Shown here piece after piece: positions 1-11,718 of a DNA stretch of 64,000 nucleotides. The notes under the pieces are model-generated. The model made no database searches and was not told the origin of the DNA. It saw only the letters and a program-made list of their open reading frames with translations. Origin of the DNA: an uncultured Methanomicrobiales archaeon (GTDB lineage Archaea; Halobacteriota; Methanomicrobia; Methanomicrobiales; Methanospirillaceae); contig CAVWXH010000002.1 in assembly GCA_963758915.1 (NCBI GenBank), positions 64,001 to 128,000 of the forward strand. The letters are read 5' to 3'. How positions within the stretch are numbered: position 1 is the stretch's first letter; the number at the start of each line of letters is the position of its first letter. Position numbers and translations under genes: made by a program.

Positions 1-484
1 ACGCATTACAGACCGATCCCGTGCAGTTACCACATTCGGGGGTGGTGGTATATCCGAAGGAATAATCGGCTGCAAGATCCACAGGCAGCGAATCAGGGTC
101 ACCAATTATATCTGTCGCCAGCCAGTTCTCGATACCCGGGGTAGGGAAGACCTTTGCCACGCCAATCCATGTGCCACCTGGTCCGCCCATGCTTGTGGCA
201 ACGACCGGGTCCCCCGCTTTCAGAACGGTAAATACCGCAGGGTCCGGCACGGTGCCTGTCAGGTTTTCCGGTTTTGCCGGGTTCCAGCTGCATGTTGAAG
301 AACCGTTGGTAAACGTACATCCATAGGTATACCCGGCATTAATCGTGACTGTACCAGCGGACTGGTTCATGGAGACCATCGTTCCACGAAATGCGATTTC
401 CTGGATTACCGCCGATGCCGGTGCTGCAGCAAGGATTACCACCGCCGCTGCAATTAACAAGGTTACAATTACCTGTTTTTTCAA
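1..484 (-). CDS. Secreted hypothetical protein, 3' end beyond the window edge
   Basis: Not in the ORF track. Read by hand from TTG at 484: MKKQVIVTLLIAAAVVILAAAPASA-VIQEIAFRGT..., a clear signal peptide, with the frame open to position 1. Confidence 0.75.
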   Translation of the reverse strand, partial: MKKQVIVTLLIAAAVVILAAAPASAVIQEIAFRGTMVSMNQSAGTVTINAGYTYGCTFTNGSSTCSWNPAKPENLTGTVPDPAVFTVLKAGDPVVATSMGGPGGTWIGVAKVFPTPGIENWLATDIIGDPDSLPVDLAADYSFGYTTTPECGNCTGSVCNA

Positions 485-605
485 AACTATCAACTCTGTA
501 ATGGGATGCCTGGTTGTTACCCGGTGGATAATATCCCTTTGAAAGATGGATTGTCGTGAACCGATAAAAATGAATTCTATTGTCTCCCGGTTAACCATCA
601 GGAGA

Positions 606-1508
606 TCAGAGATGACCCCGGTCAAAACCCTGTCTGAGGGTTTCATCGCCAAACCAGACAACCTGTTGAGGAAATGCAATCTGGATACCATTGTTTTCAA
701 GCGTTTTTTTAACATCCTGGAGGATACTGGTGTTAAAAGATGCACCATCAATTGTATTAACCCAGATTGACGGAAGCCAGAGCCTGAATTTGATCTGCAC
801 GCTTGAAGAATCAAATGACGATACAAACACTTCAGGGGGTGGATTTTTCAGGACATGCGTATAGCCATCAAACAGTATCTCCAGTATTTCAACCGCTTTC
901 CCTACATCGTCTTCATACCTGATACCAACATCGTAGTCGTATCGACGGGCAGCATTCGCATAATAATTGTAAAGGTCATTCGTGTAGATTTCATCGTTAG
1001 GGATCCTGACATAGACCCCGTTATCAGTCCTTAGAACCGTGGAAAGAAGCCGGATCTCCTCAACAGTACCTGATTTTGTTCCTACCTCAACAAAATCACC
1101 TGTCCGGATCGGGTGGTCATAGAACAAGGCAATGCCTGCTACAAAATCAGTCAGAATCTTTGCGCTTGAAAATGCGATCGCCACGATAATACCCGCGATG
1201 ATAAGCCCGAGAAAGAACATCGAAGTTTCAAAGATTGCCGGGGCGGCGATGAAAAATCCAACCATGAAAATCGCTATCCTGGCCAGCAAGGTCAGCTGGC
1301 TGAGGCGTTCTTTTTTCATCTGGTGCGAGTACCGTTTCTTCAGGTAGATCGCAACGAGCTTTCCCAGAATCAAGGCAACCGCGAGGATAATAAAAAAGAT
1401 AAGGACCTCTGCGATCGAAATCCGGCCGATAAAATCCGGATCCGGTTCAAAATTTAGTTGCGGCATTGTTTTGTTGACAATCCCGGTAAGGAGGTCAACA
1501 GGTGTCAT
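606..1508 (-). CDS. mscS: Small-conductance mechanosensitive channel (MscS family)
   Basis: N-terminal TM helices, then PIRTGDFVEVG...GTVEEIRLLSTVLRT..G..V.IPN and the C-terminal GIQIAFPQ, all MscS motifs. Confidence 0.9.
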   Translation of the reverse strand: MTPVDLLTGIVNKTMPQLNFEPDPDFIGRISIAEVLIFFIILAVALILGKLVAIYLKKRYSHQMKKERLSQLTLLARIAIFMVGFFIAAPAIFETSMFFLGLIIAGIIVAIAFSSAKILTDFVAGIALFYDHPIRTGDFVEVGTKSGTVEEIRLLSTVLRTDNGVYVRIPNDEIYTNDLYNYYANAARRYDYDVGIRYEDDVGKAVEILEILFDGYTHVLKNPPPEVFVSSFDSSSVQIKFRLWLPSIWVNTIDGASFNTSILQDVKKTLENNGIQIAFPQQVVWFGDETLRQGFDRGHL

Positions 1509-2212
1509 GATATCCCCTGTTCCATTACGTAACCTGACTGCTGGACAATCGGGAGTTTCCTGGCCGTGTAGAGCTCGACCGATGGCGTCATCTCATCAAT
1601 CAGCGGGCGACGCAGGAACGTAGTCCTGGCAAGTTTCGGGTTCCAGATCTCCATTACGGCAGCCATTGAGACAATATTGCCATAATACAGGTGCATATCA
1701 GTATTGAGGAAAACCGCCCGGGAGACCTCGGCCCATCCCGATCCGGAGTTCCGGAATTTGAGTTCTATGACTCCTTCACGCAGGGGATCAGTTTCCGGTA
1801 TTTCTGTATAGACCCCGCTCCTGTACCATTTTGTAATACAGCCTGTTTCAGGCTGCCCGTAGAGCGAATACCTGGCGGGGACCAGGGAGAATATGTCAAG
1901 AACATCATATACGCCATCAGATTCAAGAAATACGGCTGTTTCAACAGGGAATTTGAGGTATATAACCTGTTCATCACCGGGTTTTATTACTACCGGATCG
2001 AATGAAATTTCCAGGTGGCTGGTAAGTCCATCCGGCAGATTCACTGGTTCAACAGGGTTGATAATAATCCTCCCGATATCAGAGGCAAGATTTTTTTCGA
2101 CGCGCTTTCCGGAACATTCGCGTCTATAACGCCGGTTTCCAGCCGGGCCACTGAAGGACAGGGAGATACCAGGGCCGGTGTAGGAGAAATTTTCGTTGTA
2201 GGTCCCGTACAT
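1505..2212 (-). CDS. DUF432-like protein, coupled to mscS
   Basis: INPVEPVNLP, YLKFPVE and YSLYG.P..G.I motifs; 4-bp overlap with mscS. Confidence 0.7.
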   Translation of the reverse strand: MYGTYNENFSYTGPGISLSFSGPAGNRRYRRECSGKRVEKNLASDIGRIIINPVEPVNLPDGLTSHLEISFDPVVIKPGDEQVIYLKFPVETAVFLESDGVYDVLDIFSLVPARYSLYGQPETGCITKWYRSGVYTEIPETDPLREGVIELKFRNSGSGWAEVSRAVFLNTDMHLYYGNIVSMAAVMEIWNPKLARTTFLRRPLIDEMTPSVELYTARKLPIVQQSGYVMEQGIS

Positions 2213-2397
2213 TACTGATGTGTAACGTGTTCCTCACAATAAAATGATCAGTTGAGACCTGATACATGAGTCATGGATTCGACAACCTGACTAGTATGGC
2301 TGTAAAACGGTTATGGGGGTGTGAACTGCATGCAACCCGTCTGGGATAACACCGGCCTGTTATATTTTATATCGTACTGGATAAGGTCCGGGGAATC

Positions 2398-2660
2398 GGC
2401 TCTGAAGAAATGCTCTTATGATCTCTAATGATTTCGGGTTGTTCCGAAATTAACCCACGCTCCCGGGGCTCATAGCCCGTCGCTTCGGCAACCCCGGTTG
2501 GGATAGAGACGATCCAAAAATACCCTGAAATTAATGAGCCTTCGCCGAAACCGTTGCCTGAAAAATATCTTAATGGGGGCGGGGCAGGACGGGGTGAAAC
2601 CCCCCTGTATTCGAATTTACCTCTTCTATTTTTATAATCCTGCAGGGTTTCAGCAAAGCC
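2398..2660 (-). mobile_element. MITE, IS5-family-like ends, full-length copy with 8-bp target duplication
   Basis: Ends GGCTCTGAAGAAA (2398) and TTTCAGCAAAGCC (2660); GGGGAATC at 2390-2397 and 2661-2668; interior is the reverse complement of 30476-30736. Confidence 0.85.
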
Positions 2661-2666
2661 GGGGAA

Positions 2667-3171
2667 TCAAAAAAACACCTGCTTGTAAACCAGGCGGTTT
2701 TTCCCTGATCCATCCGAAATAGCCATATTTTCTCCATTTATAACATAAACGGTTGCATTCCGGAGAATAGCGAAGTACCCTCCTTCCTGTTCCATGACGC
2801 CGGGAGGCGCATCGCACTGGTGCCCCTCACCGGACAATCCGCTGATGCTGATATGACGGTTATCTACCTTCCAGCTCCCTGTATACGGGTTGCAACTGTC
2901 ATACCCGCTGAAGCTTCCAATGGTATCGAATTGAATAGTAATGCCGGTGAGTGGCCACGGGTGCGGTGGGGACAGGGCTGATCACCATTGACCTGATATA
3001 CCTGGTCCTGGTAAGGGAGGATTGGTTTACCTCCATATTCGCCTGAATACCTGTACTGATCTCTGGTGCATCAGTTTGTGATTGTGGCTGTACCGGCTCC
3101 CGGGTGGTACATCCGGTAGCAGGCATAATAACTGCGAAAACCAGAATCAGGACAATCCCTGCCTATCTCAT
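2667..3171 (-). pseudogene. META-domain lipoprotein pseudogene, tandem paralog of 3239-3742
   Basis: ATG AGA TAG (stop at codon 3), then signal peptide and lipobox ...MPATGC. After a frameshift: ITIQFDTIGSFSGYDSCNPYTGSW...QC...MEQEGGYFAILRNATVY...LVYKQVFF*. Confidence 0.75.
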
Positions 3172-3238
3172 CCACTCACCCCTGCCCATAATGGAGCGGT
3201 GTTCCCGGAATAAACCCAAAAAAAATGGTGTAAAAATA

Positions 3239-3742
3239 TTATCTCTTGTAGACCAGCATGCTGTTTAAATTATTTGTTATCGTGAGACCATCGCCGTTTA
3301 CGGTGTATGTTTTTGCAGTCTGCAGGACCTGGAGGTACGTTGTTTCCGTATCGCTCATGTCCGCACAGTACATCTGGGTGGATGCGATCGGCCCGATTGA
3401 TATACCCATTCCGGTGTACAACTGCTGGCCCGACAGGGTATAACCGGCATTGTAATTGTTACATCCTGCGAAACCCGCCATGTTGCCATTATCATAGAAG
3501 GTTGCGGTGATCCTTGCATTGGTTGGGAATGTAAATGCCGAACCTCCCTGTAACACCATCGATTTCAGGTTCCATGTCCCGAGAAGCGTGGGGTCCATAA
3601 CAGGTGTTGGTGACGGTGTGGACACAATAACAGAACTTGTTGGTGCAGGTGTTGCAGGCTGTACCGTTGGTACACTCGTACATCCTGCGATCATAACCAC
3701 CAGGATCATACAGGCTATGCTACATACTGTAATTATTTTCAT
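3239..3742 (-). CDS. META (HslJ-like) domain lipoprotein
   Basis: Lipobox IAGC, Pro/Thr linker, LLGTW.L, GFAGCNNY and STQMYC motifs. Confidence 0.85.
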   Translation of the reverse strand: MKIITVCSIACMILVVMIAGCTSVPTVQPATPAPTSSVIVSTPSPTPVMDPTLLGTWNLKSMVLQGGSAFTFPTNARITATFYDNGNMAGFAGCNNYNAGYTLSGQQLYTGMGISIGPIASTQMYCADMSDTETTYLQVLQTAKTYTVNGDGLTITNNLNSMLVYKR

Positions 3743-3867
3743 ACACTCTCTGTTACCCTCACCTTTTTCAAGCTTTCGATAAATCTGAAGAATACGAGAG
3801 TTTCTTAATCCATTGAGTTTGAGGGCCCGGAAATCTTAAAATCAGTTGTTAATGAACAATCTCTTCA

Positions 3868-6800
3868 TTACACTTTGCAGTAATCAACGGTGTACCTGCC
3901 CCGGGGTACATGGATCTCGAACCTTGCACCATGACCTGCTTCTCCTGTTTCCGTAATGGTAATCCCGGTAATGGAGAGGATCTCCCTGACAAGGAACAGT
4001 CCAAGTCCCGTGTTCTGTCCGACCCCCCGTTCAAAGATCCTTGATTTATCTTTTCTTGTAATCCCTATCCCGTCATCCTCGAAGATAATCACGAGTCCTG
4101 ATTCCCCCTCGCGGGCAAGGAGCTGTATCGTGGTGAGCGGTTCACCCCCATACCGGAGAGTATTGTCAATGAGATTATAGAACACTTTTTCGAGCAGCTG
4201 GTCTGCCAGAACCCGCACTTTACCCACATCGATATCGATCGTTATCCGATCGTTATGCAACAGGCTGGATGCCCTCGTGACTGTCTCCGCAAGATCCTGC
4301 CAGACAGGGTCATTCACCCCGATATCCTGGTAATCTTTCGTGAAGGTGATCTGGCGCTCGATTATCGTTGTTGCATCCCGGATCATTTTGATATATGGTG
4401 CCGCATGGTCCCCGGGTGGCTCAGCGGTGAGGAGGTCAAGGGCCCCCTTCAGGACGGTGAGCTGGTTTAAGAGGTCATGACGGGTAATGCTGTTCAGGAG
4501 GTGCAGGCGCCTGTTCGTCAGCTCGATCATATCCCGGTATTTCCGCATCTCAGAGATGTCAAGGATTGTCCCGGCTACGTGGGCCGGTTTTCCCATCACG
4601 TCGTACCTGATTACTTTACCCCGGAACAGCAGCCACTTGTAGGACCCGTTACTGCAGAGGAGCCGTTGTTCCTCGTTCAGGATTGATGATGCGCCGGACA
4701 GGAAATTCTTAAGGCTGCTGATGGCTTTTTCAACGTCCTCAGGATGAATAATCTTTTCAAGGAGGGCAATATCCACGGTTGTGGATTCTCCCTGGTATCC
4801 AAGGAGGTCAAGTACTTTCTGGCTGACTATTAAATCCGGTTCAGGTGTTACATCGCATTCCCATATACCTACATCCCCTCCCTCGATCGCAAGCTGCAGC
4901 CGCTCCTCGTTCTTACGGAGTTCTTCTTCGAGCTGCTTGTAGCGGGTAATAAACAGGCCCACACCCGTCAGCCGGGCTGGCTGACCGCTTTCGTCCCCGA
5001 TCACTCTGCCAATCGCACGCATCCACTCTACCCTTGCGTCCGGGAACAACAGGCGGAATTCGATGGCAAAATCCGGATGAGACTGCCACCCGGCAATAGT
5101 CCCGGATAGTGTTGATTCAATGTGCCCCCGGTCGTCCGGGTGTACAAGTTTCAAAAAATCAGTGAAATTGTCGGCAAATGCAGCCTCCTGCATGGTCCCA
5201 CGATCCCGCACAGGCAACTCACTGATGCGGTCGTCGATAATGTCCCACTCCCATAGCTGCATTTCAGAGATGGATAAGGCCATTTTCAGCTTTGCATAGG
5301 TGTCTTTGAGTTCATCTTCTGCTGCTTTCCGGTCTGTAATATTCCTGAGGTACTCGATTACCCCTTTCGATTCCCCGCTCAAATCATCGATTAGCGGGAA
5401 ACTATAGAGTTCAAACCACCCGTCGATTTTACCGGCAGGACCTATTTTCGGGACCGTCTCAACCCTTGGTTCCCCGGTGGATATTGTCAGGGAGGAAGGA
5501 CAATTTTCACACGGTTCTTTCCGGAGATGATAGGCCTCGTAACATTTTTTTCCTACCAGCGGCATCTGGTGGGCATACCACCCCTCAATTGCCGGGTTTA
5601 CCCGGATGATCCGCATCTCGTGGTCAAGGATGCTGATGCCGTCCCTGATACTTGAGAAGATATTATTAAGAAAACGTTCCCTTGCCTCAAGTTCAAGTGC
5701 ATAGGTCTTTTTACTGGTGATATCCCGTCCGAAAATGGCCAGTTTCCTGACCCGGCCATCGGTTTCCCGTATGGGGTTAATGGAATTTTCGATGATCCGG
5801 TTGCCTGTTGTAAATTCAAAAGACCCCGGGTACCTCCCCGGACTGCCTTGTTGACCTGTTCTTTCAGGGCAGCGGCATAGTCTTCCGGGACGATCTGGTA
5901 TAAATTAGTCTCCAGGACATCGTCCATATTCATGTGGAACCATTTTGCTGCGACCTCGTTGAGTTTCAGGATAATCCCTGTATCCGTAACCAGGACTGCA
6001 GCTTCATGGGTCGCATCGAGAAGTGCACCTGTCGTTGTTTCGCTCTCCCTCAATATCTCTTCTATCTGGTGACGTTTTGATGTTTCAAGGGCGAGCGAGA
6101 TATAATCTGCAACTGACGTCGCAAATTCCTGTTCCTTTTCGTTCCATGTGCGTTGTTTCCCGACGTGTTCGTGGCATACGATACCAATTACATGGCCGTT
6201 TAACCAGACCGGGACGTCCAGTATGGAGGTGATGCCATGTGGCTTGAGATAGTCCTCGAACAGTTCTTTCGTGCAGAAATGTTCTTTCACATCGTCTGCA
6301 GTGATCAATCTCTGTTCCCCCAGTTCGTGGAAGTATACCGGGTGCCCGGGGGCATCAAGATGTCCCCCTTCCTCATGGGAATCCGTGCTCTTTGTATAGA
6401 GATCACGGCAGGTGATGCCCTTCCGGTCATTATCACATGTCCAGAAACTGACACGTTCAACGTCGAGTAACACTGCATCGGTCTCAAGGAAGTGCCTGAC
6501 CGCAGGAGTAAACAGGGAGAGATCGGTCCTTGCGAGGTCAAGGAGCGCCTGGTGATACCTAAGGCTCCAGCTCTGCCTGTGATTTGGCAAGTTCCTCGCT
6601 GTTCTTTCTCCCAGTGATATCACGCGCAATCAGGAGGACTGCAGAACGGCCCTTGAAACTGGTGATCCGTCCCCGCCCTTCTATCCATCGTTCTGCACCT
6701 GAAACGGTCTTTATCCTGTACTCCCCAAGGAGAGGGTGCCCATCCCTTACCTTCGCCAGCTGGTACCGTGCGGTTGAAAGGCTTTCGTCAAGAATAAAGT

Positions 6801-8152
6801 CAAAAATATTCCGGACCTTGCCGGACTCCCCGGACGGCAGACCAGCCAGTTCCGCCACATTTTCGTTCGCGAAGAGGACTGTCCCATCCCAGTCGAGTAT
6901 GAAAATACCATCTGGCATGTTCTCGACCAGCGATTTGAAGAGTTTCTGGCTTTCCCTGGCCTTTTCTTCGGCTGCCCTGATCTCGCTGAGGTCGATGATT
7001 ATTCCCCGCAGGCCGGAAATTCCCCCGCTCTGGATAATGGGTGACGCAAATATCTGGATTGGGAACGTTGTCCCGTCCTTGCGGGCCGCTGTGTAGACAT
7101 CCCCCTGTTCGCCCGCACCATCGGCAAGTGCCCGGATACCCTTCATCGCCCGTTCATGCTCTTCGGGAACCAGCATTGCTGAAAATATTGTACCCGTCAC
7201 CCAGTTCTCCACGGGGGTACCGGAACATATCAAAGGTGCGCTGGTTTGCGTACAGGATTTTACCCCGGTTATCGATCTCAAACACGCTCTGGGGAAGCAT
7301 CTCGGTAAGTTCCTGGAACCGGTCTTTTCCTTCGAGAATGGTCTTCTCGTACTGTTTCAGATCGGTAATATCCCGGATGCTCTCGATCGCTCCGATTACA
7401 TTCCCTTCATTGTCATAGAACGGTGTGGCTTTCGCCCATACAATGGTCGGTCTCTTATGTAATTCCGGGACTTCGGTTTCTGCGATAATGCCATGCCCGT
7501 CCCGGGTGATGCTCTTGTAATACTTGTTCCTGATTTGTTCGTCTTCTTCATAGAGCAGGTCAATCAGTATTTTACGTCTTATTCCGTAGAATGGTATGGA
7601 GTATTCATAATCCCCCTTCCCCAGCATATCCGCGGCAGGGACTTCTGTCATCTCCTCGATCGCCCGGTTCCACGCGATCACCTTTCCCTCACGGTCGATA
7701 GCAAAGGTCGCATCGGGAAGGAAGTTTATTATATCGTGCAGCCTGCGTTCTGAACGGATGTGGGCTTCTTCCGCTTCTTTTCGCTTACAGGCCTGGTGGA
7801 CCATGTTTCGCAGTTCGGCGAACTGTGACTTCGGGTCCCCACCTTTCTGGAGGTAAAAATCAGCCCCGTAGTTGAGCGCTTCGATTGCCACCTGCTCCCG
7901 CCCCCGCCCGGTGAAGATGATAAAGGGGGTGTTGTTCCCGTCTGACCTGACCTTCTTGAGGAACTCGATCCCGTCCATTGCCGGCATCTCGTAGTCAGAG
8001 ATGATGATGTCGAACTGTTCCTGTCCCAGGATCCGTAATGCATCGAAGGCAGAAGGGCAGGTCTTTACCCTGAGCCTCTCGTCACGTTCGATAAAAATGC
8101 GTGCAATATCAAGAAGAGCCGGTTCGTCGTCAACAAGAAGTATCCGTATCAT
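3868..8152 (-). CDS. Hybrid sensor kinase REC-3xPAS-GAF-4xPAS-HisKA-HATPase (~1430 aa), split by three single-base frameshifts
   Basis: ORFs 7154-8152, 6559-7281, 5598-6629 and 3868-5616 join seamlessly with +1 (~7177-7193), +1 (~6563-6568) and -1 (~5824-5833) corrections. REC VDDEP..ISDYEMP; H-box TRHDLLNQL; NLIDN, EDDGIG and GLGL boxes. Confidence 0.85.
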
Positions 8153-8272
8153 TTTTGACCCGCATAACTGATGGTATCGCCCCGCTGTACCTAATAGGTA
8201 ATTATCGGAAAGTTTAAATAAACTTAACTGTTTAAAACGCTTACCCAGACCTCATAAACAGCAAATTCTGCA

Positions 8273-9088
8273 TTATTTTTTCGCGGTGCCCTTGAAAAAG
8301 GTATAACAGAACGTACCCTCCGCTGAGGCAGTACGGTGGAGGTCAGCAATTCCCAGATCAAAATCATGGGGGCTTATCATTCCTTCCCCGACCGCCTGGA
8401 AACGTACTCCTTCAACCATTGGAATAATGGTCTTCCTGACGAACCCTTCTTCGAAATCCGGGTTTGAGTGGTCAGAAGAGACCATTCTTGGCGATACGTG
8501 AATATCCTGATACCCTGCAGATGACAGGAGCGGATAGAGTTGTCGTCCAATCAGCGAATTACCGCCGATTATTGCCTGTACATCGATCAGACAATGCCAG
8601 GCAGCAAGCGCCATCCGCGTCTCGGGGTGGAAGTAGCAGGAGCCGTGATCACCTTCGATAACCGTGATCGATCCACCGGGTTTCAGGAGATCCCGCAGGA
8701 TCCGGAGGGCAGCTCCCGGGTCAGGCAGATGTTCAAGCACGAAGCAGACAAAAATATGATCGAAGGAATTTACCCGGAACGGGAGCCGGAAAAGGTCCCC
8801 CAGGATAAACTGGTGCCCGGGCAGGCCCAGGTCATCAAGTGCGGCTTTTGCCGCGGTGAGCGAGACCCTGGATATATCCACCGATACGATCTCCGCACCA
8901 GGGGAATGGCCTGCTACAATACGTGTCTGACAACCGGTCCCGCACCCAGCCTCAAGGACACGTGACCCCGGTGGAAAGTACGTATCATGGTGCAGCAGGT
9001 CAGATAGGGTCGACGCCTGGTCGGAAAGCCGTTCTGCCTCCCTATCAGAATATCCATGGACGTAGTGCGTATGTTTCATGCTCCTCAA
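8273..9088 (-). CDS. Class I SAM-dependent methyltransferase
   Basis: VLEAGCGTG motif I, FDHIFVCFVLEHL, LKPGG; start may be ATG 9079. Confidence 0.85.
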   Translation of the reverse strand: MRSMKHTHYVHGYSDREAERLSDQASTLSDLLHHDTYFPPGSRVLEAGCGTGCQTRIVAGHSPGAEIVSVDISRVSLTAAKAALDDLGLPGHQFILGDLFRLPFRVNSFDHIFVCFVLEHLPDPGAALRILRDLLKPGGSITVIEGDHGSCYFHPETRMALAAWHCLIDVQAIIGGNSLIGRQLYPLLSSAGYQDIHVSPRMVSSDHSNPDFEEGFVRKTIIPMVEGVRFQAVGEGMISPHDFDLGIADLHRTASAEGTFCYTFFKGTAKK

Positions 9089-9155
9089 TTAATCCCGGGT
9101 CCCCCTGCCGGTCTCCGGATTATGCAACCTTCTGCTGGATTATATTTGTATATAA

Positions 9156-9863
9156 TCATGGGATTGTCCTCACTATACGTTCCTTGTCAAGGAACCTCGT
9201 CATGGCATTGACTGCCAGGAGAAGAGCGATTGTGATGACGAGGGCGACCCCTTCTCCTGCCCATGAAATGGCAAACCCTGGTCCGAGGAGTTCCCGGGAG
9301 AAACTGATCAGGAAGATGAGGCCGAATATCACTGCAATGTTGATGATCTGGTTTTCCCTCATCCCGAGCAGCAGCTGGATAAACCCAAGCACCCCAACCC
9401 CGCACGCGATAAATGCGGGCACCACGGTAACAAAGTGGAGGATTATCGGTCCTGACGGGGTGAGGGCCTCCCCCCGGAGTGCTCCGGCTATGATGATCAT
9501 CAGTACCGTCGAGGCAAGTGTCAGGAGATAGGCCGGGATGAGCACACCGATTACTTTCCCAAGCCAGATCTCCTTTATGGGAAGCGGTCCGGCAAGGAGG
9601 GTCTCGATGGTACCGTCCTGTTTTTCGCGAAGGAATGTCTGGCCGGAGAGGATATACCCGATAAGGAGCCCAATCATGAGCCCATAGGTAAACAGCAGGG
9701 TATCTATCCCGATACCTGTACCTGGTCCCCCGGTGGCAATCAGCGCGGGACCTGATATTGCCCCGAAAACAAAGGCCATTACGAATGAGGAGACCATAAG
9801 TTGCGTGTTGTGCGTCAGCTGCCTGATTTCCTTTTTTGCGATGACGAAGACCCCGTTCATCAT
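9156..9863 (-). CDS. ABC-2 type transporter permease
   Basis: IAKKEI, EKQDGTIETLLAGP..IWLGK; about six TM segments; overlaps the ATPase gene. Confidence 0.85.
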   Translation of the reverse strand: MMNGVFVIAKKEIRQLTHNTQLMVSSFVMAFVFGAISGPALIATGGPGTGIGIDTLLFTYGLMIGLLIGYILSGQTFLREKQDGTIETLLAGPLPIKEIWLGKVIGVLIPAYLLTLASTVLMIIIAGALRGEALTPSGPIILHFVTVVPAFIACGVGVLGFIQLLLGMRENQIINIAVIFGLIFLISFSRELLGPGFAISWAGEGVALVITIALLLAVNAMTRFLDKERIVRTIP

Positions 9864-10840
9864 GATACCTGTCCTTTCCCGGGGTCTGCAACCGCTACCG
9901 GATTGTCCTGTATACCTCCGGCCTCGCGGACAACCTCCAAATAGATCTCTTCAAGGGTACGCTTTCGTCGCACTGCCTCCTCCACCCCGATACCTCCCGT
10001 TATCAGCGCTGTAAGTACCGGGGACACACCTGAACCGGAAAGTGTGACCATAATATGCCCGTGTTCCTCCGAGTTCATGGTCACGCCCGGCAGTGCACTG
10101 ATAATGGCCACAGCCCTGTCCGCGAGGGACGGTTCAGAGAGCGTGATCTCAAGCCCTGTCCCTGAGGGACCGGCCCGGAGCCGCTCGATTGAATCATATG
10201 CCCTGATTGTCCCGCGGTGGAGAATTGCGACCTTCGAACAGACCCTGCTCACCTCGTCGAGGTTATGGGAATTTAAGAATATCGTCATCGCCTGCCCGGA
10301 AAGGCCGACGATCAGGTCATGGACCATTTTCTGGCCCTCGGGGTCAAGCCCGGATGAAGGCTCGTCGAGAAAGAGAATTTCAGGCTTGTGGAGGATCGCC
10401 CGGGCGAGGCCGAGCTTACGTTTCATCCCGGTTGAGAATATGCCGACGAGGTCGTCCCCCCTGTCTGAAAGGCCGACATATGCCAGCAGTTCACGGGCCC
10501 GTTTCTCCGGGTCCGGGACATCGTAGAGCTCAGCATAATAGAGGAGGTTTTCCCGGGCTGTAAACCTGTCAATGAGGCCGTTATTCTCAAACAGTACCCC
10601 GACACGCTTTCGTACGGCATCGGCGGTGTCGAGAGACTCCCCGAGGACCAGTGCCTCACCGGAGTCGGGCCTGAGCAGGCCGAGGAGTATACGCAGGGTG
10701 GTCGTTTTTCCTGCACCGTTAGGACCGAGAAATCCGAAAACATCTCCTTTCCCTACTGAAAAACTGATACCGTCCAGTACCCGTGAACCCTGAAAATTTT
10801 TCGTCACCGAACGGACTTCAATACTGTTGTTATCAATCAT
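9860..10840 (-). CDS. ABC transporter ATP-binding protein
   Basis: Walker A GPNGAGKT, FSTGMKRK signature, LFLDEP, SH switch. Confidence 0.92.
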   Translation of the reverse strand: MIDNNSIEVRSVTKNFQGSRVLDGISFSVGKGDVFGFLGPNGAGKTTTLRILLGLLRPDSGEALVLGESLDTADAVRKRVGVLFENNGLIDRFTARENLLYYAELYDVPDPEKRARELLAYVGLSDRGDDLVGIFSTGMKRKLGLARAILHKPEILFLDEPSSGLDPEGQKMVHDLIVGLSGQAMTIFLNSHNLDEVSRVCSKVAILHRGTIRAYDSIERLRAGPSGTGLEITLSEPSLADRAVAIISALPGVTMNSEEHGHIMVTLSGSGVSPVLTALITGGIGVEEAVRRKRTLEEIYLEVVREAGGIQDNPVAVADPGKGQVS

Positions 10841-11026
10841 CAGGCACCGATCCCGTGGGTAGTCCCGGTAATAACACCCGGGAAATGCGAAAGGATGACC
10901 TCTTTAGCATCACCTATGTGATGTCCGTTTATTTAATACAAATATTTCCCGCCTGATCAACGGGTTGTCCTGATACCAACCCCCATATAGGATGAGAGGG
11001 AAGCATTTTACCGGATTGATGTGCAA

Positions 11027-11524
11027 ATGACTGATACTGGTACAGGGAATGGCTATAAAAAAGCGACGTTTGCCGCCGGTTGTTTCTGGGGAGTCGAAGC
11101 AGCATTCCGCAGGATGAACGGGGTTCTATCGACAAGAGTCGGCTACACCGGGGGTCAGATGAAGAACCCGACATACCGGGATGTCTGCACGGATACTACG
11201 GGACATGCAGAGGCCGTGGAGGTCACGTACGATCCGGCACTGTTATCATACGGGCAGTTGCTGGACGAGTTCTTCAGGATACATGATCCGACCACGCCTG
11301 ACCGCCAGGGTCCGGATTTCGGGAGCCAGTACCGCTCCGCGATATTTTACCACGATGATGCGCAACGGTCAGCGGCTGAATCGGCAATTATGCAGTTGGA
11401 AAAGAGTGGCCGCTACCGGCAGCCGGTTGTGACCCAGGTCGTCCCTGCCCGGGAATTTTACGAGGCTGAGGAGTACCACCAGCAGTACTTTGAGAAGAAC
11501 AAGGGTGCACGGTGCCATATTTAG
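11027..11524 (+). CDS. msrA: Peptide-methionine (S)-S-oxide reductase
   Basis: AGCFWG active site, GHAEAV, QGPD.GSQYRS, AEEYHQ. Confidence 0.95.
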   Translation: MTDTGTGNGYKKATFAAGCFWGVEAAFRRMNGVLSTRVGYTGGQMKNPTYRDVCTDTTGHAEAVEVTYDPALLSYGQLLDEFFRIHDPTTPDRQGPDFGSQYRSAIFYHDDAQRSAAESAIMQLEKSGRYRQPVVTQVVPAREFYEAEEYHQQYFEKNKGARCHI

Positions 11525-11718
11525 TGGGATATGGCTCTGCTGACATCCTGTCAAATCTATCTTTTTAATTACAATAGTTACTAACGCTGAGTGTTTCTTT
11601 GACGAAATACCCGGTGCATACCCAGTCGTGACCGTGCTCCGCCTCTTCCGTTTCTCCAGGGTGCACACCGGTGGCGGTTTATCATACAATCTGCCCGGTA
11701 AGGCCCGTGTATATAGGC

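Noticed and set aside
3163-3165. In-frame TAG as possible pyrrolysine readthrough
   Set aside because: It lies in a signal peptide of a gene with further lesions, and no pyl genes are visible in the window.
9187-9891. 234-aa alternative-frame ORF over the ABC permease (likewise 24529-25395, 29293-29910, 32166-32798, 40825-41523)
   Set aside because: Shadow ORFs of well-supported genes with no recognisable motifs.
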